This document shows, in pieces, positions 1 through 11,962 of a stretch of 40,480 nucleotides of DNA (its first letter is position 1; each line of letters opens with the position of its first letter). The notes under the pieces were generated by a model. It searched no databases, was not told the DNA's origin, and saw nothing but the letters and a program-made list of their open reading frames with translations. Both the position numbers and the translations under genes were made by a program. Origin of the DNA: Parasitella parasitica NRRL 2501 (Eukaryota > Fungi > Mucoromycota); contig MU619249.1 of assembly GCA_025201805.1 (NCBI GenBank), forward strand, positions 306,563 to 347,042. Direction: 5' to 3'.

Positions 1-162
1 TGGCGTGCTATCAAGATATTGTGATATGTCCAATGGCAATTCTGAGCCATGTACCCTTTCTTCTCTTTGTTGTCGCTCTTCCAGTTGGAGGCGCTTAAAT
101 AATTCAAATGCCTCGGTAGTAGTAAGGTATTTTGTTGTTTGATCATCATTGATATCACTCAT
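1..162 (-). mobile_element. 5' end of an ORF running off the window (MSDINDDQTTKYLTTTEAFELFKRLQLEERQQ...ELPLDISQYLDSTP); possibly a retroelement gag/ORF1-like protein
   Basis: ATG at 162 on the minus strand and 54 open codons to the window edge; resemblance to repeated Mucorales retroelement-associated ORFs is from memory only. Confidence 0.3.
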
Positions 163-1394
163 AGTTTGTTCCACGATGCGCGGCTTTGAAAGATATAGGG
201 AAGAAAGGGATTCAAATTTATTATTACTATATATATGAAAAATAAAGCGTGGCTCTGAGAGCATTTACCACATTGGAAGCCGAAGCGGAGGCAACTGAGA
301 TTGTTATAGGTACGACAAACAATCATGAAATTATACTATTGTGTAGAGCGCCCAAAAATACAGCTATTATCATAGACTGACAGCCGTGGTATGCATAGTA
401 TCAGAGGATGATATCTGGCCTCAAAAGAGTAATTTTGTTTTCTTTTTGTCCAAATGGAGTTTCTGCAAGAATTTTTCCTTCCTGATTTTGGACGTGTTTA
501 ATCTCCGCTATCAAAGATAAATGATGTTTTTTTTGAAGAAATCATTAGTTTTGGGAAGTCATAGCTTACCCAGTTCAAAAGAAACAAGATTGAAATTTAG
601 TTTATTTAAATAGTATGCTTCTCGGCTTTCTGATGGTAGTACTTGCATGTCTGCACTTGGCCTGACGATCTCACGCTCCGATTTTTAAAAATACTTTTCC
701 CAAAGAAATTCAAAAAAGTCGTTACCTTCATCTGATGTCAATTTGAAAAGTACAAAAATTTGCTCAAAGATGTGCAAATATATAATCAAAAGGTGCGTTA
801 TAGCCTAGTACATAAATTGAATTACTTGTTTTTGTGTTTGAGATCGCTAAACATTATTTTCTTACAGTTTTTATCTTTTTCTGACAATAACACACTGAAG
901 TTCGCGTAGACCGAAAAAAAAAAAAAAAATCAGGCGCCCAAAATCTATGCTGGCTTTACAAAGACGCACACTATTAAGCCATTCCAATATCAGGGGGAAA
1001 ATGGCACAGGTTTGACTAGCTGTTCTACTGCGCAACTGGATATAGAGAACTCTGCTTGGTACTTGTCTGACAAGATATTCTACGCTAGAAGACACCAGAT
1101 CAACTGAAGGTATAATAAAATGCCAGACAAAAGGAAACAACCTGCCATCGGAATAACACACCCATGTATAAAAATTCATCTGTATATGTAGATAGTTTAT
1201 TTTACAACGCATCCTCTTTTTATTTACGCTATGCGTAAAACAAAAATGGAAGATACACATTGGCTGTACCTGGTCTACGCATTTCACCATGGCTGCGAGG
1301 TTTAGGTCTCTAGTCACAAAAACAATAAATTGTTCAAAAATTACTTTCCATCTAGAGACTTTTTCACCCGCATCAATCTAAAGCATTATTTCAT

Positions 1395-4174
1395 ATGACA
1401 AGTTATATCAAATTCACGCCCATTTCAGGCGCCAAAAATGAAGACCCACTTTGTTATCTTTTGGAAATTGATGAAGTAAAGATTTTACTTGATTGCGGGT
1501 GGTCTGATTCGTTCAAAGAAGAAGATCTTGTCAATTTGAAAAAGTAGGTTACTTTTTTACATGTAATTAACGTGTTCTAATTTCTTTTCTTTTTTTCTAC
1601 CAAATAGAGTGGCTAAACAAATTGATGCTGTGGTGCTTTCCCATTGTGACCTTTCACATTTAGGTGCTTATCCATACGCTCGAAGTCATCTAAGCATGAT
1701 GTGCCCTGTATTTGCTACTATTCCTGTAGTTAATATGGGGAAAATGTGCATGTATGATATGTATCAATCAAAGACGAACGAAATTGAATTCAAAACATTT
1801 TCCTTGGAAGATGTAGATAATGCGTTCGATAAAATTACGCCTGTTAGATATTCGCAACCTATCTCATTGACAGGTACTAAAAATGCAAAATTATCTAAAA
1901 GTTTGTTAACTGTTTCCCTTTTCAAGGTAAATGTCAAGGAATTACAATTACAGCCTATGCTGCTGCACACACAATTGGTGGCACAATTTGGAAAATCAAG
2001 CAAGATACTGAAGAGATTGTTTACGCTGTCGATTTCAATCATAGAAAAGAACAGTAAGCATGCACACCCTTTACTCGGCCGAGATACTTATATAATCACT
2101 GCAGTCATTTAGACGGAACAGTATTACATTCTGGAGGCGTCATCTTGGATACTTTGACTAGACCATCATTACTTATTACAGATTCGTACAATTCAAAGGT
2201 TGTGCATCCTGCTCGAAAAGACAGATACGCCGCCATGTTTGGTAAGCTTAGATCGAGTGCACCAGAGACATAGTCTAATTTATTCATAGACACTATGGTC
2301 AAATCGTTGAAAGAGGGTGGATCAGTTCTTTTGCCAACAGACTCATCCGCTCGTGTATTAGAAATTTCGTACCTTTTAGATCAGTATTGGACCCAGCATC
2401 AACTCAACTATCCACTAATCATGTTGTCAAACACCAGTTATCACACAGCACATTTTGCAAAGATTATGCTTGAATGGATGGGGGATGACTTGACAAAGAG
2501 TTTCTCACAATCCCGAGAAAACCCCTATGAGTTCAAATATTTACGTCTGTGCCACAAGATAGAGGATCTTGATAACTATCCTGGGCCCAAGGTAGTAATT
2601 GCCAGTAACTACAGCTTGGAAACAGGCTTTGCCCGTGAATTATTTGTGCGTTGGATGACAGCTGATAGTACGCAACACAACAAAAACAATACATTAATTT
2701 TGACAGATCGCTCTGGACCTAGATCGCTGGCACGTCGATTATACGACGATTGGGATGCCCAAACAAATACAATAGAGATGGATGTGGTTGTTGCCAATAA
2801 CCGTACAAAAACGCCCGTCAAACCAGCAATTGCATATGAGACCAACCTAGATTTGACAGTATATAAACGTGTGCCTCTAGAGGGTGCCGAGCTGCAAGAG
2901 TTTGAGAGCGCACAGCGAGCCAAAGCAGAACGGGATGCGGCACAGGCTGCCATGATTGCTCGCAGCAAAACAATCATGGAAGATGATGAATCGGATTCCT
3001 CAGATATTGACGACGGAGACGAAAACATGGAGGATTTGCTCACCAAACAATTTGATTTGTACGTACGAGATACTGGTAAATCTGGTGGTTTCTTTAAGCA
3101 AGCCCAAAGCTACCGGATGTTTCCATACCTCGAAAAGAGAAAAAAAATTGATGATTACGGTGAATCCATCCAGATTGAGCATTATATGAAGGCTTCTGAT
3201 TTCGAGAGGATTGAGCAAGAAAAGAAGAGTTTAGGAGAAGGAGCAAATTTTGGCAAAGATGATGTAAACCTTATAGATATTATATGGCACACTTGTTTAT
3301 GGTTTTATTTTATTAGGAAATGATGGTTGATATTGAAGAACCACTCTTACCAGGAAGAGATGAAACCCCAAAGAAATACACATCTAACAATGAAAACTTT
3401 ACTATACAGTGTCTGTTAAGATATGTCGATTTAGAAGGTTTATCCGATGGTAGATCAATGAAGACAATTCTACCTCAAATCGCTCCTAGAAAATTGGTAG
3501 GTTTTTGAATCATCTGATAATTACAACCTATTGAGAAATATTTCACAATAGATCATTGTGCACGGATCACAAACTTCTACCGAAGACCTTGCTTCTGCCT
3601 GTCAAAGCATAAATCATTTTACCAAAGAGATCTTTACACCTTCAGTCAGCGAAGTTTTGAATGTATCTGCAGCTACAAACATATACCGAGTGAAGTTAAC
3701 TGACAGTATGGTTAGCTCTTTACGATTTTCTAAGGTAATAGTTCGTTATTGCGTATCGTGCCAATATGGTGACCTTAACTTGTGATTTGTAAAATAGCTG
3801 GATGATTATGAATTAGCACGCGTTGTTGGTCACATTCATTTCCCTGATGATTCCACTACACCGTCATTAGACGTTGCTGTTTCGGATGAAACTACTAGAT
3901 GGGAGCCATCTGTATTTGTAGGAGATGTGCGATTAACTGAATTTAAAAAAATACTGCAAGCGGAAGGAATACAAGCAGAGTTCAAAGGCGAAGGTATATT
4001 AGTGTGCAACGACCAAGTAGCTGTCCGAAAGGTATGTTCAGTTTTTCAACTAATTAAAAGCAAGTTAATAAAATCAAGTAGACTGGTACTGGTCAATTGT
4101 TAGTTGAGGGTAGCATTTCAATGGATTACTACAAAATCCGTTCATTGTTATATTCCCTACACGCTATACTATAA
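1395..4174 (+). CDS. CPSF2: Cleavage and polyadenylation specificity factor subunit 2 (CPSF100/Cft2), multi-exon
   Basis: Start [36 protein letters not shown]; degenerate metallo-beta-lactamase motif [16 protein letters not shown]; beta-CASP segment [16 protein letters not shown]; [21 protein letters not shown]; ends [16 protein letters not shown] (TAA 4172-4174); GT-AG introns join the ORF-track pieces. Confidence 0.95.
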
Positions 4175-4309
4175 TACGCCACCCCACATTTTATAAAACA
4201 AGACAATTTGATCACTAGTTTAATAAAGACTCCTTACCACAAATTCTTTCATTAATATAAATTCACCTCTTTTTTTTAATCTACATGTATAGCTTTTTCA
4301 ATTCCAAAG

Positions 4310-4651
4310 ATGCATCAGACCACCTCTCCAGAATACACTGAAATACCAATGCCAATGGCCAATAATACAAATGAAAACAGCCCAAATCACGATTCTAGTA
4401 GCCAAAAGCCAACACCAAAAGCCAATAGAAGATGCTACCATAAATTAAATAAATGGCATTGTTTGTTGATCGTCTTGGCAACAATCTTCTGTATTACTGG
4501 GATTGTAGTATACTTCCCAGGATCGAAAATGGATACCGCAAGAACGATATTCAATTATGTTGCTATGGGAATTCTTAGTGTGATATTGATCATAATCATG
4601 GTATTAGCGGGACCAAACGCCTGCCTTTGTCTTGCCGCTGCAAATTTTTAA
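4310..4651 (+). CDS. Small intronless membrane protein (113 aa), two predicted TM helices, Cys-containing C-terminus
   Basis: ATG-initiated ORF; polar N-terminus (SPEYTEI), RRC, hydrophobic stretches LLIVLATIFCITGIVVYF and VAMGILSVILIIIMVLAG; same layout as ORF 5615-5947. Confidence 0.65.
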   Translation: MHQTTSPEYTEIPMPMANNTNENSPNHDSSSQKPTPKANRRCYHKLNKWHCLLIVLATIFCITGIVVYFPGSKMDTARTIFNYVAMGILSVILIIIMVLAGPNACLCLAAANF

Positions 4652-5614
4652 TAAAGATAACTATAAAAAAGTTGTAAACGTTCACTTTGACCTCAATCAT
4701 TGGTGCAAATCAGCATGTATTAATGCAGCTATGCTCGAGACCATCGCCTTAGATTACAGGCACAATTGTACAGTTTTCACAAAGTCAATTAGTGAGTCTT
4801 CGAGTAGCAAATTACACAAAAAATATTTAGTTGTAAAGTTTACAATATAATATTGTAAAACAGTTCTTCCTTCCGTTTAAAGTGCGTTTTAACTGGTTAT
4901 TTTAAGAGATTTAATGGTCTTGAGCGTTGAAATCCTGTCTTTGATTTACCTGCATACCTTATTTACGGAAATCTTCATAATACTTCATAATTGCAATCGT
5001 TTTGCAAACGGATGTTAGCAAAAAAAAATAATTAATGTTATAAAAAAGAACTAGCAGTTATAAAGCGCTCCGAAATACTATTTGCTATACTGGTAATTGC
5101 ACTGCTAAACGAGTGATGGCTAAGTTGAATCTGCAAACAATACAACTCTTCAAAAGTTTAAACGACACTGCTCAACTCTTAGACGGCAAGTATCACTGGT
5201 CAATCTCCTCTTTTCAACAAAACTACTACAAAATCTGCTCTTTGTTATACAATGCATCACAGCCTAATCACCATTATACTAATAAAGCTCATTTTATTTT
5301 TCATGTTAATTAGGAAATACACAAATAAGCCTCGATGTTTATAGTTCACTCACATGTGAAGTAGTACAAGACCCATGCTTAAAGTTACACACATGATAAG
5401 TGATACATATCCATGCTGGTAAATTTAAAGAAGCCCGTCCTTTGTCATCAAAATGAAATTACGACGTTTTTCATCAAGAGGGTCTCAAGGTTTGGTACAC
5501 AATTAGCTATCCAATAATGGTCCCTGTCATACCTCCACTTTGCTTGTACTTGGACCATTATAAAAGAAAGGTATGCTTTGATAATCAATTTTGTTGCTTT
5601 ACTTCTGAATAAAA

Positions 5615-5947
5615 ATGTCTCAGCAACCCAAGCAACTCAACGATGATTCAGCACCGCCCCGTTACACATCTGTTGAAATAGCTGACACCAGCAATGTTTC
5701 CAGTGACGAAAAAGTCAGTAGGCGATGCCAAGTGAAAAAGCGACACTATGTCTTTGTTGGTTTAGCCTTGATCTTTTTCGTCCTGGCAATTGCTTTTCGC
5801 TCGCATTCAATCGACAAGCCTGGAATACCTAGTAAACTCTTACTGATTATATTCATCATTCTGGGGGTTTTCTCCTTATTTATTGCGTTTATCCCAAAAT
5901 GTTGCGCCTATACTTGTGGAGCCCTATTGGAAGTAATAGCACATTAA
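5615..5947 (+). CDS. Small intronless membrane protein (110 aa), PPxY motif, two predicted TM helices, Cys-containing C-terminus
   Basis: ATG in AAAAATG context; PPRY, RRC, two hydrophobic segments, C-terminal KCCAYTCG; TATAAAA about 55 bp upstream. Confidence 0.7.
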   Translation: MSQQPKQLNDDSAPPRYTSVEIADTSNVSSDEKVSRRCQVKKRHYVFVGLALIFFVLAIAFRSHSIDKPGIPSKLLLIIFIILGVFSLFIAFIPKCCAYTCGALLEVIAH

Positions 5948-6666
5948 CTATTACCATTACTATTACCATTTTTGGGTGTATACATCATATTGATTATGAT
6001 TATTTTCCCTGCTAGAAATCTCTTCCTCTCAACACATTTTCAGTTTATATGCCTAGAATAAACAATAATGATAAGCAAAGCCAAACAATAGCCCCATATG
6101 GTTATCTTTATTGACTAAGGAGATTGGAAAATACCTTTATAGATATCGTAAACTTACTTTTTACTTTAAATATTTGAGATTAATGCGCTCGATCGGATAT
6201 CTTTTCATAAAGACGATATATCAAACCAATGCCATAACTTTTTAGTACAGTGGATTTAGAATTATTTATCTTTTGCTTGTGCTATGTAATGTATTCTTTT
6301 TGAGGAAAAAAAAACTATTACCCTTGTCTTTTGTGTATTTTTAATTGCAATCTGTTGATCATTTCAGCCAAATTCAGTTGCATTTACATTTGTGAAATAA
6401 AGATGAGGGACCACAGCCTTCGTCTTGGTCACAAAAGTTGCAGAAACGAATTATGATATCACAGAATGTGGAAAAACTCATTCAATGCTGATTTCCATAT
6501 ATTGGTTCCTCGGACGATTGACATTAGTCCAGTTCCTACGTATAAGCAATGTATTACATAGAACCATTTTCTCGCTTCGATTTTACTTGCAATAGATACT
6601 TCGATCCTTTTGTCCTTTTCATCGCAATTATTTTATTACTATTTTTTCATTTGCGGTTTATATAGC

Positions 6667-6990
6667 ATGTCATATCTTACCGAAACAACATTGACAAGAC
6701 CAGATAAAAAAGCGCTTCCATGCTATAAAGAAGTAATGAGTTCCAGAATTCCCTTTCCTGCAACAGCGTATATCAAGTCTACAGATAATTACAGCACACC
6801 CAGCCAACATAACCTTTTCAATACTGTACATAGCCAGTATATACCTGGAGATATTAGCTTTCCTCAACAAATAAGAATAAAAATTTTGAGTAGACGATGT
6901 ACATGGATAACACTTATCGCATTAATTTCAGGGATTATTGGCAGCTGTGTTCAAAGTAACAACAAAATCTTACATGAGCTCATCCATTAA
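6667..6990 (+). CDS. Small membrane-protein ORF, possibly 3'-truncated by the adjacent MULE
   Basis: ATG at 6667 (MSYLTETT...), LPCY motif, RRC followed by hydrophobic WITLIALISGIIG; 3' structure uncertain. Confidence 0.45.
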   Translation: MSYLTETTLTRPDKKALPCYKEVMSSRIPFPATAYIKSTDNYSTPSQHNLFNTVHSQYIPGDISFPQQIRIKILSRRCTWITLIALISGIIGSCVQSNNKILHELIH

Positions 6991-7014
6991 GAATGGATGT
7001 CCTACCGATTTGTA

Positions 7015-8886
7015 GACCTTTTGCCAAAATGATGTCGCAAGAAAAAAAATTTAAGTGTCGCACTTTTTTAAAAAAACAGTGTCGCACATTTCAGGAAAAC
7101 AATGTCGCATCTAAAAGAATATAGTCTCTGCAACCTTCATTTATACTGGAGAACATAATCACGATGTTGGAGGGTTGAATGATTTACAACATTTGCCATT
7201 ATCGAAAGAAGCAAGAGAACTAATTGAGCAACAATTAAAGGAGGGCTTCAGCAAAAGGCAAACAAGAATCGCCATCCAGACGAATTGTAACAAGTTCATT
7301 ACAGAGAATTAAGTGCTGACTGGCCTGGATAATTCGACTTCTTCCCTGATTCATCGAGATCAAATGGTTCATGCAGATGAGATTTACATCTACAAAAAAA
7401 TCCAAGAAAATTTTTATTTGAAAGCAAGAGACCAGAAAGAGTCCGTAAAACTTTGGCTACAAGAATTATCTTCACAAAAGGGATACGTTACCTTTCTGGG
7501 CACTGATTTCATGGCAAAAAGCATTATTGTCCACATCAATATCAATTTGCTTAGATGCAACCCACTGCGTTACAAGTATCAGCCAAGGTATCTTGTATAG
7601 TATTGTAATTAAGCATCCGTAAACGGGTACAGGATGTCCCGTTGCGTATATGTACACAACTGATCACTCTATGCAACCAGTAGCAGCCTTTTTACGTTTT
7701 GTAAAAGAGCAAATTGCCGTGCCAAACTTACAAAAGATTACAATAGATGTCAGTGCTACTGAGCATGGTGCCATTAACGAAGTATTTCCTGGAGTTAGTG
7801 TCCAATGGTGCTTGTTTCACGTCGCAAGAGCTTGGATGGCAAAGATACGAGACACCGTTAAGCTGGGTAGCACGGCTCAGAATCAACAAGTTCACAGGGC
7901 AATGATTGCACAGTTGAAGAGTATGATATGGGAAAAGAGTCCGGATGCATTTGTCTTCAAATGACAAATTTTCTCGTAATGTTCCATCAATACACAGAAT
8001 TCTTGATTTACATGGACACATACTACTTTGCACAAGGGAAGTATCAGCACTGGTGTGCTGCATATCAGCCGCAAATATTTACAAATATGGAGACCAATAA
8101 CTTCGTTGAAAGTTGGCATAACCAACTAAAAACATTATACCTTGGAAGAAAGCGTAACAACCAACTAAAAACATTATACCTTGGAAGAAAGCGTAACAGA
8201 CGTATTGACTGCTTGATTTACATCCTTGTCAATGATATTGAACCGGATTTTATCCAGAATACTGATAGAATTCGCTTAAATATAGGAAGGATGGGACCCC
8301 AAGAAAGAAGACGCCGACAAAGAGAAATGGCGGCTGAAGCAATCAGTGTCGCGATTCTTGAGTTTATGGTTGTAGAGTTGCTCAACGACAGCGAAACTCT
8401 CAAATTTGCTATCCAATCTTTCACAACAGAAGATGTTCACTATAAAATCATTGTCCAAAATGAAGAAATGCGATCATGAGCTTGTCAAGAATTTCAATGG
8501 AACCAAACAGCTTGCAAGCATATGTATTTGTTAAAACGTTGGCGTAGAGACCTCATGGTTTATGAATGTAATATTTTATAGTCAAAACCCAAAGATTAGC
8601 GAGCTAATGTGTTCTAATAGTACCAAACCTTATACCCACTGTGCAAAGAACACCACGAGATACCACTGTTATCAATCCTTTGCCTCCCCAAACTGCTGAT
8701 AGCAGAATAGATGGCTGTATAGCCAACATCTCATCTGTTATAAATACTTTGAAATTTGACAACAACATAAACTTGAATGAAGATCAAATCCGGCAATTAG
8801 AAACAGCTACAAATATGTCAAGAGGCGAACTTGCTACCATTACTGATACAGCTACAAACAGTAATCTTACCACCCAACGAAGATAA
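7015..8886 (+). mobile_element. Degenerate MULE/Mutator transposon with SWIM-domain transposase pseudogene
   Basis: Frameshifted transposase motifs GTGCPVAYMYT, KITIDVSATEHGAI...VQWCLFHVARAW, NMETNNFVESWHNQLK; SWIM finger RS*ACQEFQWNQTACKHMYLL with TGA replacing the first Cys; four TGTCGCA subterminal repeats at about 7033-7109. Confidence 0.88.
8120..8197 (+). repeat. Exact 39-bp tandem duplication inside the MULE transposase (NQLKTLYLGRKRN x2)
   Basis: aaccaactaaaaacattataccttggaagaaagcgtaac at 8120-8158 and 8159-8197. Confidence 0.95.
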
Positions 8887-9270
8887 GTTATTAAATAAAA
8901 ATAAAATATATTTGTTGTAAAAGATAAACGTCAACCATTGACGAATTCAAGCTCGTCTTACTTCAGGAGGAAATAAGGAACTCGCCAAATGTCGAGTCTT
9001 GTGCATTTAACGAAATCAAGAGTCATCCTCTGATTACTAATGTTTTGTTAGTTTACATATCCTAAATGCAGATATGCAAATATCATTCTTCTCAATAAAG
9101 AAACCCTTAGAGCTTTCACAGGCTATAACACGCCATGACCCTATACTTACCACAAGAGAGTAGTCCTCATTTATGGTGTCATTGTGCAAGCAATAAAAAA
9201 AAAGAATGAATAGAAAAGACCAAATTTATTAAAAGCTCTTGGTAATATTCCTATGTATTGTCCCACTACC

Positions 9271-11962
9271 TTAATTAGAAAGACCCTTTTCGAACTTTTC
9301 AACCATCATTAATAAACAACGAATATAATCCACAAGCGGGTCGCTGTCTTGAGTGCCTGCAAAAATACTTTCGCTTGTCCAGGAAGCAAGTCTACCAGCT
9401 TGCAAATTTTGATTTTCCTTAAAGATCGAGTCATAAGTCGAATAAAATACCTAAAAAGCTCAAAGTTTAATGTTTGGCACAGGTTCAGCGGGTGCTAGTC
9501 CACATTACCTCAAACTCATACCAAATTTGACCTTTGCCAGTATCGCCCAGCATTTTCTCGTAACCGTAAGAATCTCTTTGTTGAACAAGAGGCAATCTCT
9601 CAACTCGAGTAATTTCAGCAACAATAGGGAAGACAATTCTATACGTTGTAGTCTGTTTGGAGAGTATATAATTGACCTCTAAAAAGTCAGGGACATTGTT
9701 GTAAGTAATTTGCCGGGTTTCTGGGTTAACTGCTACTTTGTTGATAAATGTGTTGAATGGCTTAACGTTCATTGCAGTCTTTTCTTCAGTTTGGAGTAAG
9801 AATTGGAAATCAAATTTTCTGTCCAAAGATACCCACTCAATTTCAGTAACTTTGTTTGTGGTTGTTACAATCTTGGTCAATTCGACGACACCCTGATTCT
9901 TCATATGCATGACTATGGGCTGATAACGTAACGATGGCTGGTTGCGAGCATTGGCGTAAATTTCAAACGAAACTCTTCGACTATGAGCTGAAGGAAGCAT
10001 AGTTGATATTCTATCCATAATATCGTCTGAGAAAGTGGTTCTTTTTTATCTTGATATTAGTACCAAATACAAGTGTCTGATATCATCACTTACACGTTGT
10101 TAAACATCGGCTTGATTTCATTATTGCTCATTAGTCGATCATTCAAGTCGGTATATGTCCAGAATTTCTTTTGGACAGTTGGCTCAATGTGACTCCAAAG
10201 GACTTTGCCAATTTTGGCACTGAACTTGATATCTCCCTTGAATCCACGAACACCCTCAAGGCTAAACGTATGATTAATAGCTTGAAATAATCCATATTAG
10301 ATCACACATTACCCTTCCTCTAAAGCTGTCTTGATATTATGAAAATTATACTCCCTGAGACTATTTAACAATCAATCAATAACTAAATCAGCATAAAAAA
10401 ACCAAAAATTGAGCCTACATTTTTGACTGACTGACTGGAGAAGCCACAGCAGCTGATGCTTTTTGATGCGTTAAACGCATTACTCTACGTGTATTTGTTT
10501 TCTGGGGAGCAACACGAGGTACAGTTGTAGTCAACGAAGGAAAATCTTCCACAGGTTCCTTGGGCATAGGAGGCGTTGGTGCTCCATTTCTGGGTGCTGG
10601 AGGTTGAGCACTAGGATACATGACATAGCTTTTGTTCTCTCCCCACAACGGTTGATGATCAGGAGCCATTCCAGCATTTACATTGCCAAATGTTTGTTTC
10701 TTTTGCTCTAAAGAAGCTCTCCTCATTCTTTCATCCAATGATAAAGAGGATTCTTGATGTATTTGATGTTGCTGTTTTCGAAGCCATTGTTGAGTAGAAA
10801 TTTGTTGAACTACATCGAGGAGGTCCTTAGGTTTTGCTAGTTCGCCTGATTTATCTTTAAACACTGGTAAAATAACGTGCATTGGAGCCGAGTGCTGTCC
10901 TACTACATTAACGTATGCTTTCTGGGCGTATCTTTCCAAATTGCAAAAATAGAGAACAAATTCGGGTGCTTCAGTGGGATAGTGAACGCAAGCAACATAT
11001 CGAGTATCTCTTCTACGGCGCTTGAAGATTGTTTGAAGATTTTTGAAACGGTTCAATGCCTCCTTGACAGCATCACTGCTTGTTCCAACGATTTTTATTC
11101 TTCTGTCTATCAAACTACATTCTGTGTTGGTGTCTTTCCCAATAACACGCAGGTAATCTACTGGTTTAGTGCTAAAGACAAGAGAACCAGATAAAATTTC
11201 TCTTGGATCTTTCACGTTCTTTGCAAAAGTAAACGTCTCAACAAATTCATCATCACTATCTGAATCGGGTTCGTCGCTCTCAGTTTCATCGTAGTGATAT
11301 GCCCCTGAAGGTACGCTTTCTTCTGTGGTTGCTGCTGTATTTGTTCCATCCAATTTTTCCAAATTCAAAGGTCTTCCTTTGATGCGAGTTACTTTTGGGG
11401 TTGAGGATGGAGTTGTCGAAACTGAGGGGCTGGTATTAACTGAAGATAAAATGCTTTCAAAATCCTCGAACGTGCCTTGAAACTTATACTCGTCGACTAT
11501 TTTAGAAGTCTAATTCATGTCAATTAGGCTCATTTTTAGTTTTTCATCCGTTTAATTTACTTGCCAGATGAGGTAAAAGATTCCTTTCGATAATTTTGGA
11601 CCTATAAATATAACATTGAAAGTTAGAAAGCTTACTCAAAAAAAAAAACAATCTTCAAAGCTTAAGCATACGTGTCATCGCAAGATTGTTGTGAACGACC
11701 CGTTATTTCAAAAAATTGGTCATTAAAATTATAAGTAATACTAGTCTTCTTTTCTTTGGCAAGCAATCTACCCAAATCTTAATAAAGAAACGAAAACTTC
11801 TTGCGGTAAAATACTAAAGCTTACTGTAATTTTTGTTCCATCTCTGCATATTTGCTAGGAGATATGTATGGCAGTGGGAATACTCTAATATTAGCTATAA
11901 AAAATCAAATGAATTTGCTGTTTACACAAATATAGCGTAGTAGCTAGCTTACGTTGAACCAT
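9271..11962 (-). CDS. Multi-exon protein of unknown function (possible KH-like folds)
   Basis: ATG 11962 followed by a GTAAG donor; long exons in ORFs 10415-11368 and 9485-10018; linking exon GFKGDIKFSAKIGKVLWSHIEP; ends EKFEKGLSN* at 9271. Confidence 0.75.

Noticed and set aside
300-1317. Minus-strand coding-like fragments, including ORF 871-1317 with a CIFH motif
   Set aside because: No ATG start, in-frame stops in neighbouring pieces and only a faint MULE-like echo; cannot assign
2609-3046. Antisense ORFs over CPSF2 (and similar ones over SPP, the WD40 gene and the helicase)
   Set aside because: Shadow frames of real genes with no independent motifs
7033-7109. Regularly spaced TGTCGCA repeats as a CRISPR-like array
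   Set aside because: Repeats are only 7 bp with low-complexity spacers, the context is eukaryotic and there are no cas genes; better explained as transposon subterminal motifs
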